Positions 48,465 through 57,481 are shown, numbered from the stretch's first letter. The stretch is 64,000 nucleotides of DNA from Abditibacterium sp. (GCA_965246885.1 OZ251992.1:1056001-1120000), one strand, 5' to 3'. Translations and numbers: made by a program. The notes: generated by a model from the letters alone, not told the origin.

Positions 48465-49226
48465 ATGAAAACTTCAGAACTGGTTAAAGAAATCGTTGCC
48501 GATGAACTTGCTGCCGACCCAGCTATCGTCACCCTCAAAGCGCGATTCGTTGAAGATTTAGGCGCTGATTCTCTTGATGTCGTTGAGTTGGTTATGCGTG
48601 TCGAGGAAGAGTTTGAAATCGAGATCTCTGATGAAGACGCGGAGCCAATCTCTACAGTTGGTCAAGCCATCAAATATGTCGAAAGCAAAGTCGGAGTTAC
48701 TACTGATGAACCAAGAGCAGAGAAAATAAAGACAGCAAGGAGACAATCAGTAGACGTTGCCCCTCCTCTTGAGAAGCGAACAGTAGTTTTGGATGACTCG
48801 GAAGATGCTGGAAGCTTTCCACCCGAAAACAACGTTGATAGTAGAAGGCGTATTCCATCTTCTGTTGTCATGCGGCGTGGGCAGCCAGCGTTCAGGCAGG
48901 CGCTTCTTGAAATCTATAACGGGCACTGCGCCATAACGGGATACAATGCAGTTGAAGCATTAGAGGCCGCGCACATCCGCCCCTTTCGCGGCGAACACAC
49001 CGACCATTCCACCAATGGTTTGTTACTCCGTGCCGACATTCACACTCTGTTCGACCTTCACTTGATTAGCGTTGACACCAAGACTATGACTATCTTGCTT
49101 TCTCCTGAACTACTGAAGACCAGCTATCGAATTTTGGCTGGTAAGTCTTTGAGGTTGCCGAAAAATGAGGATTTCCACCCAAGCAAAGAGGCTTTGGAAG
49201 AGCATCGCAAGCAGATGGAAGATTAA
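48465..49226 (+). CDS. Acyl carrier protein-HNH endonuclease fusion (253 aa)
   Basis: Residues 1-75 '[43 protein letters not shown]'; C-terminal 'RRGQPAFR...CAITG...LEAAHIRP...[14 protein letters not shown]'. Confidence 0.88.
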   Translation: MKTSELVKEIVADELAADPAIVTLKARFVEDLGADSLDVVELVMRVEEEFEIEISDEDAEPISTVGQAIKYVESKVGVTTDEPRAEKIKTARRQSVDVAPPLEKRTVVLDDSEDAGSFPPENNVDSRRRIPSSVVMRRGQPAFRQALLEIYNGHCAITGYNAVEALEAAHIRPFRGEHTDHSTNGLLLRADIHTLFDLHLISVDTKTMTILLSPELLKTSYRILAGKSLRLPKNEDFHPSKEALEEHRKQMED

Positions 49227-49290
49227 CTATATTCTCGAAGCCGACACAGATTCTACGACATGGTAGTATTATCAAAGAGGATTCAAATCA

Positions 49291-50340
49291 ATGGGTTTTA
49301 AAAAATACGACGACGCAGGAAAATGGGCAGAAAGTTTTCTGCCGAGTTCGCGGGACATTGCCACTGCTTACCGCCGCGCTCACAGAGCGGCAGTGAGCAA
49401 CCAACGACGTGCTGAGAGGGCGTCGTTGCAACAGCACCGCGCACTGCTAAAGCAACAGGCTCAGATGGCCAAGATGCAAGAGAAACAACGTGCCGCTTAT
49501 GAGGTGGAAGTCTTTGAGAACCGCTTGGCGGTGCTTGTTTCTGTTCATCAAGAATGCGGAGAATCTCTTGATTGGAGCGCCATTGCTCAGGAGCCATCTC
49601 CGGTAGCGCCCATTCGTTCTGATGATTACGAGAGGCAAGCCCGTGAGTTAGCTACTCAGTATCACCCCGGTTTCTTCGTGAAGCTGTTTGGGCAAGAGCA
49701 GAAGCAACGCGACGTTTTAGAAGTTCGTGTCCAACAAGCCATAGTGGAAGACGAGCGCAAACACCAAGAGTTATTGCAGCAACATGGGAAGGAAAAAGCA
49801 GAGTGGGAAACCGAGCGCGATTTAGCTACTCGTATTCTCAAAGGAGAGTGGAAAGCCTATCTTGAAGCTGTTGCCTTGACTAAACCCTTTGCCGATGTTG
49901 AGGAGTTAGGTAGCCACCTCACGATGGTTCAAGGGCGAAAAAATCAGATTGAAGTAAGGCTGCAAGTCAGGAGTGAACGAGTCATTCCACTCGAAATCAA
50001 GAGCCTTCTCAAGAGTGGCAAGGTATCTTCCAAGAAGATGCCAGAGGGACGCTTCAACGAGCTTTATCAGGATTATGTTTGCGGATGCTTGTTCCGCGTC
50101 GCGCGCGAATTATTTGCCCTTCTTCCTGTTCAGACTATTGTCATCAACTGCTATGGAAGTTTGTTCGATTCTTCCACAGGAAGTAGAGATGAGATTTGTC
50201 TGTTGTCGGCTAAAATGCCGCGTGATGTCATAGAGGTTCTGAATTTCTCTCTTCTCGACCCTTCCGATGCCTTGAGCAATTTTCCCCACCGAATGGACTT
50301 CAAAAAATTGAAGGGGTTCTCCGAAGTCGAGCCGATGTAG
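49291..50340 (+). CDS. Hypothetical protein: coiled coil plus conserved-looking alpha/beta C-terminal domain
   Basis: 349 aa, lower GC; 'LYQDYVCG..FRVARELF...TG....CLLS...LNF...DPSD'. Confidence 0.8.
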   Translation: MGFKKYDDAGKWAESFLPSSRDIATAYRRAHRAAVSNQRRAERASLQQHRALLKQQAQMAKMQEKQRAAYEVEVFENRLAVLVSVHQECGESLDWSAIAQEPSPVAPIRSDDYERQARELATQYHPGFFVKLFGQEQKQRDVLEVRVQQAIVEDERKHQELLQQHGKEKAEWETERDLATRILKGEWKAYLEAVALTKPFADVEELGSHLTMVQGRKNQIEVRLQVRSERVIPLEIKSLLKSGKVSSKKMPEGRFNELYQDYVCGCLFRVARELFALLPVQTIVINCYGSLFDSSTGSRDEICLLSAKMPRDVIEVLNFSLLDPSDALSNFPHRMDFKKLKGFSEVEPM

Positions 50341-50355
50341 TTAGAGCAAACCAGA

Positions 50356-50390
50356 ACAGCCCGCCGAAAACTCGGCGGGCTGTCGTTTTT
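50356..50390. terminator. Hairpin terminator between the accessory pair and clpC
   Basis: ACAGCCCGCCGA-AAAC-TCGGCGGGCTGT then CGTTTTT. Confidence 0.75.
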
Positions 50391-50406
50391 CTGGCTTCAA
50401 GCCAAC

Positions 50407-53037
50407 TCACATCAGCTTGTTCAGTTTGTCCTCGTCGTCGTTGGAGGGCGGGTTGTTGCCTTCGTTGTCGGTGGCGACGATGGCGGGTTCGATTTCGCCG
50501 CCGTCTTCGGGGATAACGGTGGTGAAGACCATCTCGCCGTCGAGGGCGTCCACGAAGATGGTGTCTTGCGCTTTGAAGTCGCCCATCAGGATGCGCTCGG
50601 CGAGCGGGTCTTCGATGAGGCGCTGCACGGCGCGGCGCAAGGGGCGCGCTCCGAATTGGCGGTCGTAGCCTTCGCGGGCGAGCAGTTCTTTGGCGCGCGG
50701 CAGGAACTCCAACTTGATGTCGCGGCGCACCAGTTCGTCGGACAGGCGCTTGGAGAACAAGTCCACGATCTGGAAAATCTCGTCGCGGTTGAGGTGGTGG
50801 AACACGATGACCTCGTCAATGCGGTTGCGAAGTTCGGGGCGGAACGCCTTGTTATAAGCGTCCATGACCTTCGACTTCAGTTCGCGGTAAGCGGCACTCG
50901 CGTCGCCCGTGTCGGCGGCGCGGTTGAGCAAACCGAGGTTCTGACCGAGGCTCGCCGTGCCGACGTTGCTCGTCATGATGATGACGGTGTTCTTGAAATC
51001 CACCACGCGGCCCTGCGCATCGGTCAAGCGGCCATCCTCGAATATCTGGAGCAGCGTATTGAAGATGTCCGGGTGCGCTTTCTCGATTTCGTCGAACAAG
51101 ACCACCGAGTAGGGGCGGCGGCGCACTTGCTCGGTGAGTTGCCCGCCCTCGTCGTAGCCAACATAACCGGGAGGTGAGCCGAGCATGCGCGACACGTTGA
51201 AGTGTTCGGCGTATTCGCTCATGTCGAGCCGGATGAGGGCGCTTTCGTCGTCGAAGAGGAACTCGGCCAAGGCTTTGGCGAGTTCGGTTTTGCCCACGCC
51301 CGTCGGCCCGACGAACATGAACACGCCGATGGGCCGCTTGGCATCCTTGAGACCGGCTCTGCCGCGCCGCACGGCTTTCGAGACGGTGCGAATCGCTTCG
51401 TCTTGACCGATGATGCGCCCGTGCAGTTCATCTTCCATGCGCAAAAGGCGCGCGGTTTCGGCTTCGGTCAGCTTTTTGACCGGCACGCCCGTCCACTCGG
51501 ACACAATCGAGGCGATGTCGTCTTCGGTGACGAGCGGTAGCTCCTCGCCGTCGTCTTCGCGCTCGGACTGCCACGATTCCTGCGCCGCCGCCAACCGCTC
51601 TTCCAATTCGGTCGCGCGGTCGCGCAGTTCGGCGGCTTTTTCGTATTCGTCGGCGTTGACCGCTTCTTCCTTGCGCGCGTTGACCTCGTCCAATTCGCGC
51701 GTCAGTTCGCGCACTTCCTTGGGCGGCAAGGCGATTTGCAGTTTGACGCGCGAACCGGCCTCGTCTATTAGGTCAATGGCTTTGTCGGGCAGTTGGCGCT
51801 GCGTGATGTAACGCTGCGACAGTTCGACGGCGTCCTTGAGGGCCTCGTCGGTGATTTTGACGCCGTGAAACTCCTCGTAGCGCCCACGCAAACCCTTGAG
51901 AATCTCGATGGCGTCTTCGGCGGACGGTTCCGGCACGAGCACCATCTGGAAGCGCCGCTCCAACGCGCCCGACTTTTCGATGTACTTGCGATATTCATCG
52001 AGCGTGGTGGCGCCCATGCAGCGCATTTCGCCGCGCGCAAGGGCGGGCTTGAGCATATTGGAGGCGTCTATTGCGCCTTCTGCCGCGCCCGCGCCAATGA
52101 TGGTGTGCAACTCGTCAATAAAGACGATGATTTTGCCGCTCGACGAGCGGATTTCCTGCATGATGCGCTTCATGCGCTCCTCGAACTCGCCGCGATATTT
52201 GGTTCCGGCGACAACCGTCGCCAAATCGAGGGCGATGATGCGCTTGTCCAAGAGCGGTTCGGGCACGTCGCGGTTGACGATGCGCTGCGCCAAGCCTTCG
52301 ACAATGGCAGTTTTACCCACGCCCGCTTCGCCGACCAAAACGGGGTTGTTCTTGTTGCGGCGGCAAAGGATTTGGATGGCGCGGTCAATCTGCTTTTCGC
52401 GCCCGATGACCGGGTCTAACTTGCCTTCTTGGGCCAGTTGGTTGATGTCGCGGCCAAACGAATCGAGCGCCGGAGTTTGGCTACGCCCGGTTTTGCCACT
52501 GTCGCGGCCAGAGCCGCCGCCCACGCCCGCCTTTTCGGGCTGGCCCGGTTCGCCGCGCCCGCCCGCGCCCGTTTGCGACGAGGGCGATTGATTCGCCCCC
52601 GCGTCGGGGCCAAGATACTCCATGACCTGCGCGCGCGCCTTTTCGAGGTTCAGCCCCAAACGGCGTAGCACCGTCGCGGCCAATCCATCCTTCTCGCGCA
52701 GGAGGGCGAGAAGCAAGTGTTCCGTGCCGATGTAGTTGTGCCGCATGCGGCGCGCTTCGTCGGCGGCGAGTTCGAGAACGCGCTTGGCTTTGGGCGTGAG
52801 CTTGGGTTCCGCCGAGCCGGGGTCGGCGCCGGGTTGGACTTCGGCCTCGATTTCTTGGCGCACCTTGCCCAGCGACACGCCCATTTTTTGTAAGACCTGC
52901 GCGGCCACGCCCTCGTTTTCACGCACGAGGCCCAGCAGGAGATGTTCCGTTCCCACGTGCCCGGAACTCATCTTGCCCGCCTCTTCTTGGCCAAGCAGGA
53001 TGACGCGCCGCGCTCTTTCGGTAAAACGTTGCCACAT
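50407..53037 (-). CDS. clpC: ATP-dependent Clp protease ATP-binding subunit ClpC
   Basis: Two Clp_N repeats ('GTEHLLL'), 'GEAGVGKT', UVR-type middle domain, 'GPTGVGKT', 'PPGYVGY'. Confidence 0.93.
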   Translation of the reverse strand: MWQRFTERARRVILLGQEEAGKMSSGHVGTEHLLLGLVRENEGVAAQVLQKMGVSLGKVRQEIEAEVQPGADPGSAEPKLTPKAKRVLELAADEARRMRHNYIGTEHLLLALLREKDGLAATVLRRLGLNLEKARAQVMEYLGPDAGANQSPSSQTGAGGRGEPGQPEKAGVGGGSGRDSGKTGRSQTPALDSFGRDINQLAQEGKLDPVIGREKQIDRAIQILCRRNKNNPVLVGEAGVGKTAIVEGLAQRIVNRDVPEPLLDKRIIALDLATVVAGTKYRGEFEERMKRIMQEIRSSSGKIIVFIDELHTIIGAGAAEGAIDASNMLKPALARGEMRCMGATTLDEYRKYIEKSGALERRFQMVLVPEPSAEDAIEILKGLRGRYEEFHGVKITDEALKDAVELSQRYITQRQLPDKAIDLIDEAGSRVKLQIALPPKEVRELTRELDEVNARKEEAVNADEYEKAAELRDRATELEERLAAAQESWQSEREDDGEELPLVTEDDIASIVSEWTGVPVKKLTEAETARLLRMEDELHGRIIGQDEAIRTVSKAVRRGRAGLKDAKRPIGVFMFVGPTGVGKTELAKALAEFLFDDESALIRLDMSEYAEHFNVSRMLGSPPGYVGYDEGGQLTEQVRRRPYSVVLFDEIEKAHPDIFNTLLQIFEDGRLTDAQGRVVDFKNTVIIMTSNVGTASLGQNLGLLNRAADTGDASAAYRELKSKVMDAYNKAFRPELRNRIDEVIVFHHLNRDEIFQIVDLFSKRLSDELVRRDIKLEFLPRAKELLAREGYDRQFGARPLRRAVQRLIEDPLAERILMGDFKAQDTIFVDALDGEMVFTTVIPEDGGEIEPAIVATDNEGNNPPSNDDEDKLNKLM

Positions 53038-53217
53038 AATTTGTTTGAAAATACGAACCGCAGGGGGAGGTGTTGACGCTCCCGCCGAAGCAGGCTGTCA
53101 ACTCGCCCTTAACCTGACTACGGGAGCGCCCTTTCGTTCCCCGCGCGATGCGGGCGAGTCTAAAAGAGCCGTGTTTCGAGGAGGTGACAGCGAGAAAGAA
53201 AATCTTTAAAAACCCCC

Positions 53218-53253
53218 TTGACAAGAAGCAGTCCTATCTGTATAGTCTTGTCA
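53218..53253 (+). promoter_or_regulatory. Near-consensus sigma-70 promoter overlapped by an inverted-repeat operator
   Basis: TTGACA (53218-23), 17-nt spacer, TATAGT (53241-46); TGACAAGA-N19-TCTTGTCA. Confidence 0.75.
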
Positions 53254-53282
53254 TCCTGTTTCAGTGAGAGAAATGAACGGGT

Positions 53283-53885
53283 GTGGCACAGCCTCAATCC
53301 AAAACAGTTGATGTTGCCACATTGAGGGATTCTATGACAAATAACCTTGCAACCGAGTTTAACGAGATCCTGCCCACGATCTCAAATGATGCTGACCTTC
53401 GCACCTCAATGCTGAATCTTATTGCGAATGAACCAATCTCTGGCAAAGTAACACAAGGAGGAAATCGTTTGGAACGGTTTCGACGTGTCTTAGAGGAGTT
53501 AGTCAATGGAAGCATCGATTTGACCGTAGCAATCGGACGTGTTCAAACTGACATTCCCAGAGATTCATCTGCCCACAGTGGTAGCAATAACGTGTTCGCC
53601 AGCGGATGGGAGGAGAGGTTGATTAGGATTCAGCTTAGTAGATTTTACAACCAAGCTGTTATGGAGAAGTTGATGAGCGAGGGTGAAAAAGAATGCTATG
53701 TTCCTCATTCAACTGAACAGAATCCCAATTCACCATGTTCTCTACATCTTGCGGGACGAAATCAGAATATACAAGTTCTCCATACCCGTCTCGTTAAGTC
53801 ATATGGTCAAGGCGACTATTCAGACAGAAGCCCAAAAATTCCTGACCATCCTTACTGCACTCATGTAGTCACCCGCAAGCTGTAA
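53283..53885 (+). CDS. Hypothetical protein with MuF-like (phage minor head) motifs
   Basis: Lower GC; 'ERLIRIQLSRFYNQA...PCS...G...IPDHPYCTH'. Confidence 0.7.
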   Translation: MAQPQSKTVDVATLRDSMTNNLATEFNEILPTISNDADLRTSMLNLIANEPISGKVTQGGNRLERFRRVLEELVNGSIDLTVAIGRVQTDIPRDSSAHSGSNNVFASGWEERLIRIQLSRFYNQAVMEKLMSEGEKECYVPHSTEQNPNSPCSLHLAGRNQNIQVLHTRLVKSYGQGDYSDRSPKIPDHPYCTHVVTRKL

Positions 53886-53912
53886 CATCTCGATTGGAGA
53901 GGAATTAACATC

Positions 53913-54365
53913 ATGGAAATATTCTTCGGCTTAGCTATTATTGTCCCGATTGTCCTTGCGATCTACCTCAAAGTGGTTGACGTTATGAAACTTCGCCGCA
54001 TGACGCCTGATCAGAAGGATGCCGAAATGGTTCGTAGGAGGGCGAGTGCGGAGTGGGAGGCTCAACGCAATCAACAAGTATTTCAGAACCTCACACAGGC
54101 TAACAAGACGGGCCGAGAGAATCAGGCGAAGCGTGAATACGAGAAGCAATACGGTGAAGTTAATGCCGCGATGGTGTGTCCACATTGTCAGACGAAAGGA
54201 AAGGTGGAGACGAAGCACATCACGCAAAAGAAAGGCATTAGTGAAAGCAAAGCCGCCGCCGCAGTTGTTACAGGCGGTTTATCCGTCCTTGCCGTTGGTC
54301 TTTCACGCAAAGAAGGAGCTACTCAAGCGCACTGCGGTAGTTGTGGAAACACTTGGTCGTTCTAA
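53913..54365 (+). CDS. Membrane-anchored zinc-ribbon protein
   Basis: SD GAGGA; N-terminal TM; CPHC...hydrophobic Gly-rich segment...CGSC. Confidence 0.75.
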   Translation: MEIFFGLAIIVPIVLAIYLKVVDVMKLRRMTPDQKDAEMVRRRASAEWEAQRNQQVFQNLTQANKTGRENQAKREYEKQYGEVNAAMVCPHCQTKGKVETKHITQKKGISESKAAAAVVTGGLSVLAVGLSRKEGATQAHCGSCGNTWSF

Positions 54366-54368
54366 CGG

Positions 54369-54410
54369 GCAAAAAGCCCGCGCCATCGCTTGATGTCGCG
54401 GGCTTTTTGC
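54369..54410. terminator. Bidirectional intrinsic terminator
   Basis: GCAAAAAGCCCGCG...CGCGGGCTTTTTGC. Confidence 0.8.
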
Positions 54411-54444
54411 GGGCTACCGTCTGTGGCGCCGCCAAACTCCCCTC

Positions 54445-54999
54445 ATGGCAACCGGACGGAACAACAAATTGACGGGGCAGATTGGGGAGTTTTTGGTGTG
54501 CGCAGAATTGGGTAAGCGCGGGCTGATTGCCACGCCGTTTGCGGGCAATGTTCCGGCGTTCGATGTGTTGGCGGCGGATGAACTGTGCCGGACGGTGCCG
54601 CTTCAAGTCAAAGCCTCGACGGGCGACAACTGGCCCGCCGATGCCCGTGATTGGATGAACATCGAACTTGACCCCGCGAGCGGGCGGCAGAACTTCGGCG
54701 GCGCGAAGGCCATCGTCAATCCCGACTTGATTCATGTGTGCGTGACCATCGCTCCGCCCGCAAGCGGGGCGCGCGACCGCTTTTTCGTCTTGTGCAAACG
54801 GGATGTTCAAGCGGCGATCATCGGCAGCTACTCGCTGTGGATGGACAAACGCGACTGGATTCGCCCACGCAATCCGGCCAGCTTCGACTCGCGCTATTAT
54901 CTGCCGAACATCGAGAAGTTCGAGGACAACTGGCAATTGGTGATTGACCGCCTCGAATCGTCAGATTCGCCGTCATCGCTGCGTTCGCCGCAAGAGTAG
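54445..54999 (+). CDS. PD-(D/E)XK-fold putative nuclease
   Basis: 'GQIGEFLVCAELGKRG...PAFDVLA...LQVKAS'. Confidence 0.72.
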   Translation: MATGRNNKLTGQIGEFLVCAELGKRGLIATPFAGNVPAFDVLAADELCRTVPLQVKASTGDNWPADARDWMNIELDPASGRQNFGGAKAIVNPDLIHVCVTIAPPASGARDRFFVLCKRDVQAAIIGSYSLWMDKRDWIRPRNPASFDSRYYLPNIEKFEDNWQLVIDRLESSDSPSSLRSPQE

Positions 55000-55030
55000 A
55001 AATCGCTTACAATCTGTTGCGGAGGATTCT

Positions 55031-55231
55031 ATGAAAAACCCGACTTGGGACGACTCGCGTCCCCATACCGAGGAAGAGACTAAAGCGGAGATTGACCGCT
55101 TGGCGGCTGACATTCAGCGAATGTTGGATTCCATCGGCCAAACTCAGGAGCGCACGGCGCGCTCGCGTGAGCAGACCGAAAACAACTTGAAGTGGATTCG
55201 GGAGAATCTCCATGCTGGAAAGACTGTTTAG
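55031..55231 (+). CDS. Small coiled-coil protein ('KAEIDRL' family)
   Basis: SD GGAGG; paralogous to 48045 and 55578. Confidence 0.7.
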   Translation: MKNPTWDDSRPHTEEETKAEIDRLAADIQRMLDSIGQTQERTARSREQTENNLKWIRENLHAGKTV

Positions 55232-55538
55232 CCTGTTCCGTCTTCTGTGGGACGCGGGCGCGAAGACGGACAAAAACACCAAGGACATAGGCGCCCTTCA
55301 AGAACAAAACCAAGAGTCCACGCAATCCATCCGGGTTCTTATCGTGGAGCGCGAAAGAGACCGCGAGGCCGCCGAACTACGAGAGAGAGCCTCGCAAGAC
55401 CACATCGCCTCGCTTGAAAAAGAAATCCAAAGTTTGCGCCGCGAACTCCATGTTGCTCAAGAAAATACCGAACTCAGGGTGCGTTTGGCTTTGTCCGAAT
55501 TTCTGCGCCAACTGCCGCCGCCCGACAAACCGGAATAA
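55212..55538 (+). CDS. Coiled-coil protein ('MLERL...WDAG' family)
   Basis: SD GGAG; overlaps the upstream gene; paralogous to 48227. Confidence 0.7.
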   Translation: MLERLFSLFRLLWDAGAKTDKNTKDIGALQEQNQESTQSIRVLIVERERDREAAELRERASQDHIASLEKEIQSLRRELHVAQENTELRVRLALSEFLRQLPPPDKPE

Positions 55539-55577
55539 GAGCATCGGCACCATCCCTGTTGGAGGAGGGGACAATCC

Positions 55578-55829
55578 ATGAAAAATCTTCTTTGGCGTTT
55601 GTGGCGTGAGTGGCTAAGGGCGCTGAAGCAACGGGTCAAGGAGAAGCAGGAGCGCGACCGCTATTACAAGGCGGAGATTCGTCGCCTCTTCCGCGAGATT
55701 CAGGAGATGCAAGAAGAAACGCGCCAAACGCAGGAGCGTAGCGCGCGTATGGCGGAAAGGACTCAGCGAACTTTGCGGGATATTGAGGCGAGGCTGGCCC
55801 GCGACGCCGAGCGCCGTTCCAACCCATAA
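55578..55829 (+). CDS. Small coiled-coil protein ('KAEIRRL' family)
   Basis: SD GGAGG; shares 'KAEI.RL...IQ.M....QTQER.AR...T' with 55031. Confidence 0.7.
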   Translation: MKNLLWRLWREWLRALKQRVKEKQERDRYYKAEIRRLFREIQEMQEETRQTQERSARMAERTQRTLRDIEARLARDAERRSNP

Positions 55830-55856
55830 AACCCGCGCTCCCGTCGCGGGTTTTTT
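55828..55856 (+). terminator. Intrinsic terminator
   Basis: AAAACCCGCG...CGCGGGTTTTTT. Confidence 0.75.
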
Positions 55857-55897
55857 CGTGTTCGGTGCGACTCCGGCAAACTGTGGGCGAGGTTTCG

Positions 55898-56626
55898 ATG
55901 GATTTTCAACACCGGCTGATTTATTTGGTTCTGGCGCTTCCAGCGTTTGTGGCGGCGTTTACGATTCACGAGTTCGCCCACGCGTACGTGGCCGACCAGT
56001 TGGGCGACGATACGGCGCGGCGGGCGGGCAAGCTCACCCTCGACCCGTTCAAGCAACTCGACCCCGTTGGCTCCTTGTTTTTGGTGGTGACGATTCTCTT
56101 GGGGTTGCCGCCGTTGGGCTGGGCGTCGGTGCCAGTCAACCGGCGCAACTTCAAAAACCCGCGCCGCGACGACAGCCTCGTGTCGGTCGCGGGGCCGCTG
56201 TCCAACGTCGCGCAGGCTTTCGTGTGGCTTGGCCTGCTTTACCTCGTGCGCTTCGCGGCGGACGCGGCGCACTCCACGATTCCGGCGCAGACTGTGCTGG
56301 ACATCCTCGCACTCAAACCGGACATCTCCTCGCCTTGGGTGGGTTTGGCCGCCGCTTGCGCCATTGGCGTCACGCTCAACCTATCTATGGCGGTCTTCAA
56401 TATGCTGCCCATCCCGCCTTTCGACGGCGGCTTCATTATGCAGAACATTGTGCCCGCGCTCGCGCCGGTTTATGATGCCATTCGCCCGTTCTCGTTTATG
56501 ATCTTGTTCCTGATTATTCAGAACAGCGCAGTTTTGAATTTCGTCTTCGAGCCGGTGCACCGCTTCGGCGACGGGCTGGTGTTGCAAGCGACGGGCTACG
56601 ACCCGCACGACTTCGTTTACAAATGA
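55898..56626 (+). CDS. Site-2 protease (peptidase M50)
   Basis: 'HEFAH', 'GDDTA...GKLTLDP', 'AGPLSN', 'FNMLPIPPFDG'. Confidence 0.92.
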   Translation: MDFQHRLIYLVLALPAFVAAFTIHEFAHAYVADQLGDDTARRAGKLTLDPFKQLDPVGSLFLVVTILLGLPPLGWASVPVNRRNFKNPRRDDSLVSVAGPLSNVAQAFVWLGLLYLVRFAADAAHSTIPAQTVLDILALKPDISSPWVGLAAACAIGVTLNLSMAVFNMLPIPPFDGGFIMQNIVPALAPVYDAIRPFSFMILFLIIQNSAVLNFVFEPVHRFGDGLVLQATGYDPHDFVYK

Positions 56627-57390
56627 TGCACTCTCCCGACACCGACCGCTTTGTCGGCCACAAAGTGCGTTTGGACAGCTTTGAAGGGCCGCTCGACTTG
56701 TTGCTATACCTCGTGCGCGCGCACCGCTACGACATCTGCGACATCCCCATTGCCCAAATCACCGGACAGTTCATGGAGTATGTTGGGGCGCTGCGCGAAG
56801 TGGATGCCGAAAGTGCTGGCGAGTTTTTAGTCACTGCCGCGACGCTTATGCAAATCAAGGCGCGGATGTTATTACCGCGCGCGCAGTCCAGCAACGAAGA
56901 AGTGATGGACGAAGAACCAGCCGACCCGCGCGCCGAGTTGGTCGAACAGTTGCTCGAATTGCAACGCTTCCAAGAGGCCGCCGATACTTTAAAGCACAAG
57001 CGGGAGGAATGGACGGACATCTTCCGCCGTCCGGTATTGGCGGCGCAATTGAGTTTGTTCGACGACGAACCGCTATCGTTGGCACCGGGAGAAGTTTCGA
57101 GCTTCGACCTGCTCTCAGCACTCAAGCGAGTGCTGAGACGCTTGGAAGAAGCGCCGGTTGCTTTAGTTAAACGCGAGCCGTTTACCCTGCCGGAACGCCT
57201 GAAAATAGTATCTGCTCGCATCACCAACTTCCAAGGCGGCGCGACCTTCGAGTTTCTGTGCGACGACTGCACTTCGCGCTTGGAAGTTGTCATCACGTTC
57301 TTGGCGGTATTGGAACTCATCAAGCGCGGCAACCTCAAAGTGCGACAGTTGACCTTGTTTGACGAGATTTATTTAGAGCGCCACTCATGA
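56623..57390 (+). CDS. scpA: Segregation and condensation protein A
   Basis: 'FEGPLDLLLYLV', 'AATLMQIKAR-LLP', 'TFLAVLELIK'. Confidence 0.93.
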   Translation: MMHSPDTDRFVGHKVRLDSFEGPLDLLLYLVRAHRYDICDIPIAQITGQFMEYVGALREVDAESAGEFLVTAATLMQIKARMLLPRAQSSNEEVMDEEPADPRAELVEQLLELQRFQEAADTLKHKREEWTDIFRRPVLAAQLSLFDDEPLSLAPGEVSSFDLLSALKRVLRRLEEAPVALVKREPFTLPERLKIVSARITNFQGGATFEFLCDDCTSRLEVVITFLAVLELIKRGNLKVRQLTLFDEIYLERHS

Positions 57391-57395
57391 TTTTT

Positions 57396-57469
57396 AACCA
57401 CAGATGGACGCGGATGGACACAGATGTTTTTGGATTCTTATCCGCGTCCATCTGCGTTCATCTGTGGTT
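57396..57469. repeat. Palindromic repeat, AACCACAGATGGAC family
   Basis: AACCACAGATGGACGCGGATGGACACAGAT...ATCCGCGTCCATCTGCGTTCATCTGTGGTT. Confidence 0.85.
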
Positions 57470-57481
57470 CCATTTTCTTCT

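Noticed and set aside
48465..48700. Housekeeping acpP followed by a separate HNH gene
   Set aside because: No stop codon between the domains, no fab genes adjacent, and atypical composition for a highly expressed gene.
53040..53215. CtsR or CIRCE heat-shock operator upstream of clpC
   Set aside because: No GGTCAAA direct repeat or TTAGCACTC-N9-GAGTGCTAA found.
53283..55829. Prophage remnant
   Set aside because: No integrase, terminase, portal, capsid or tail genes; only one weak MuF-like similarity.
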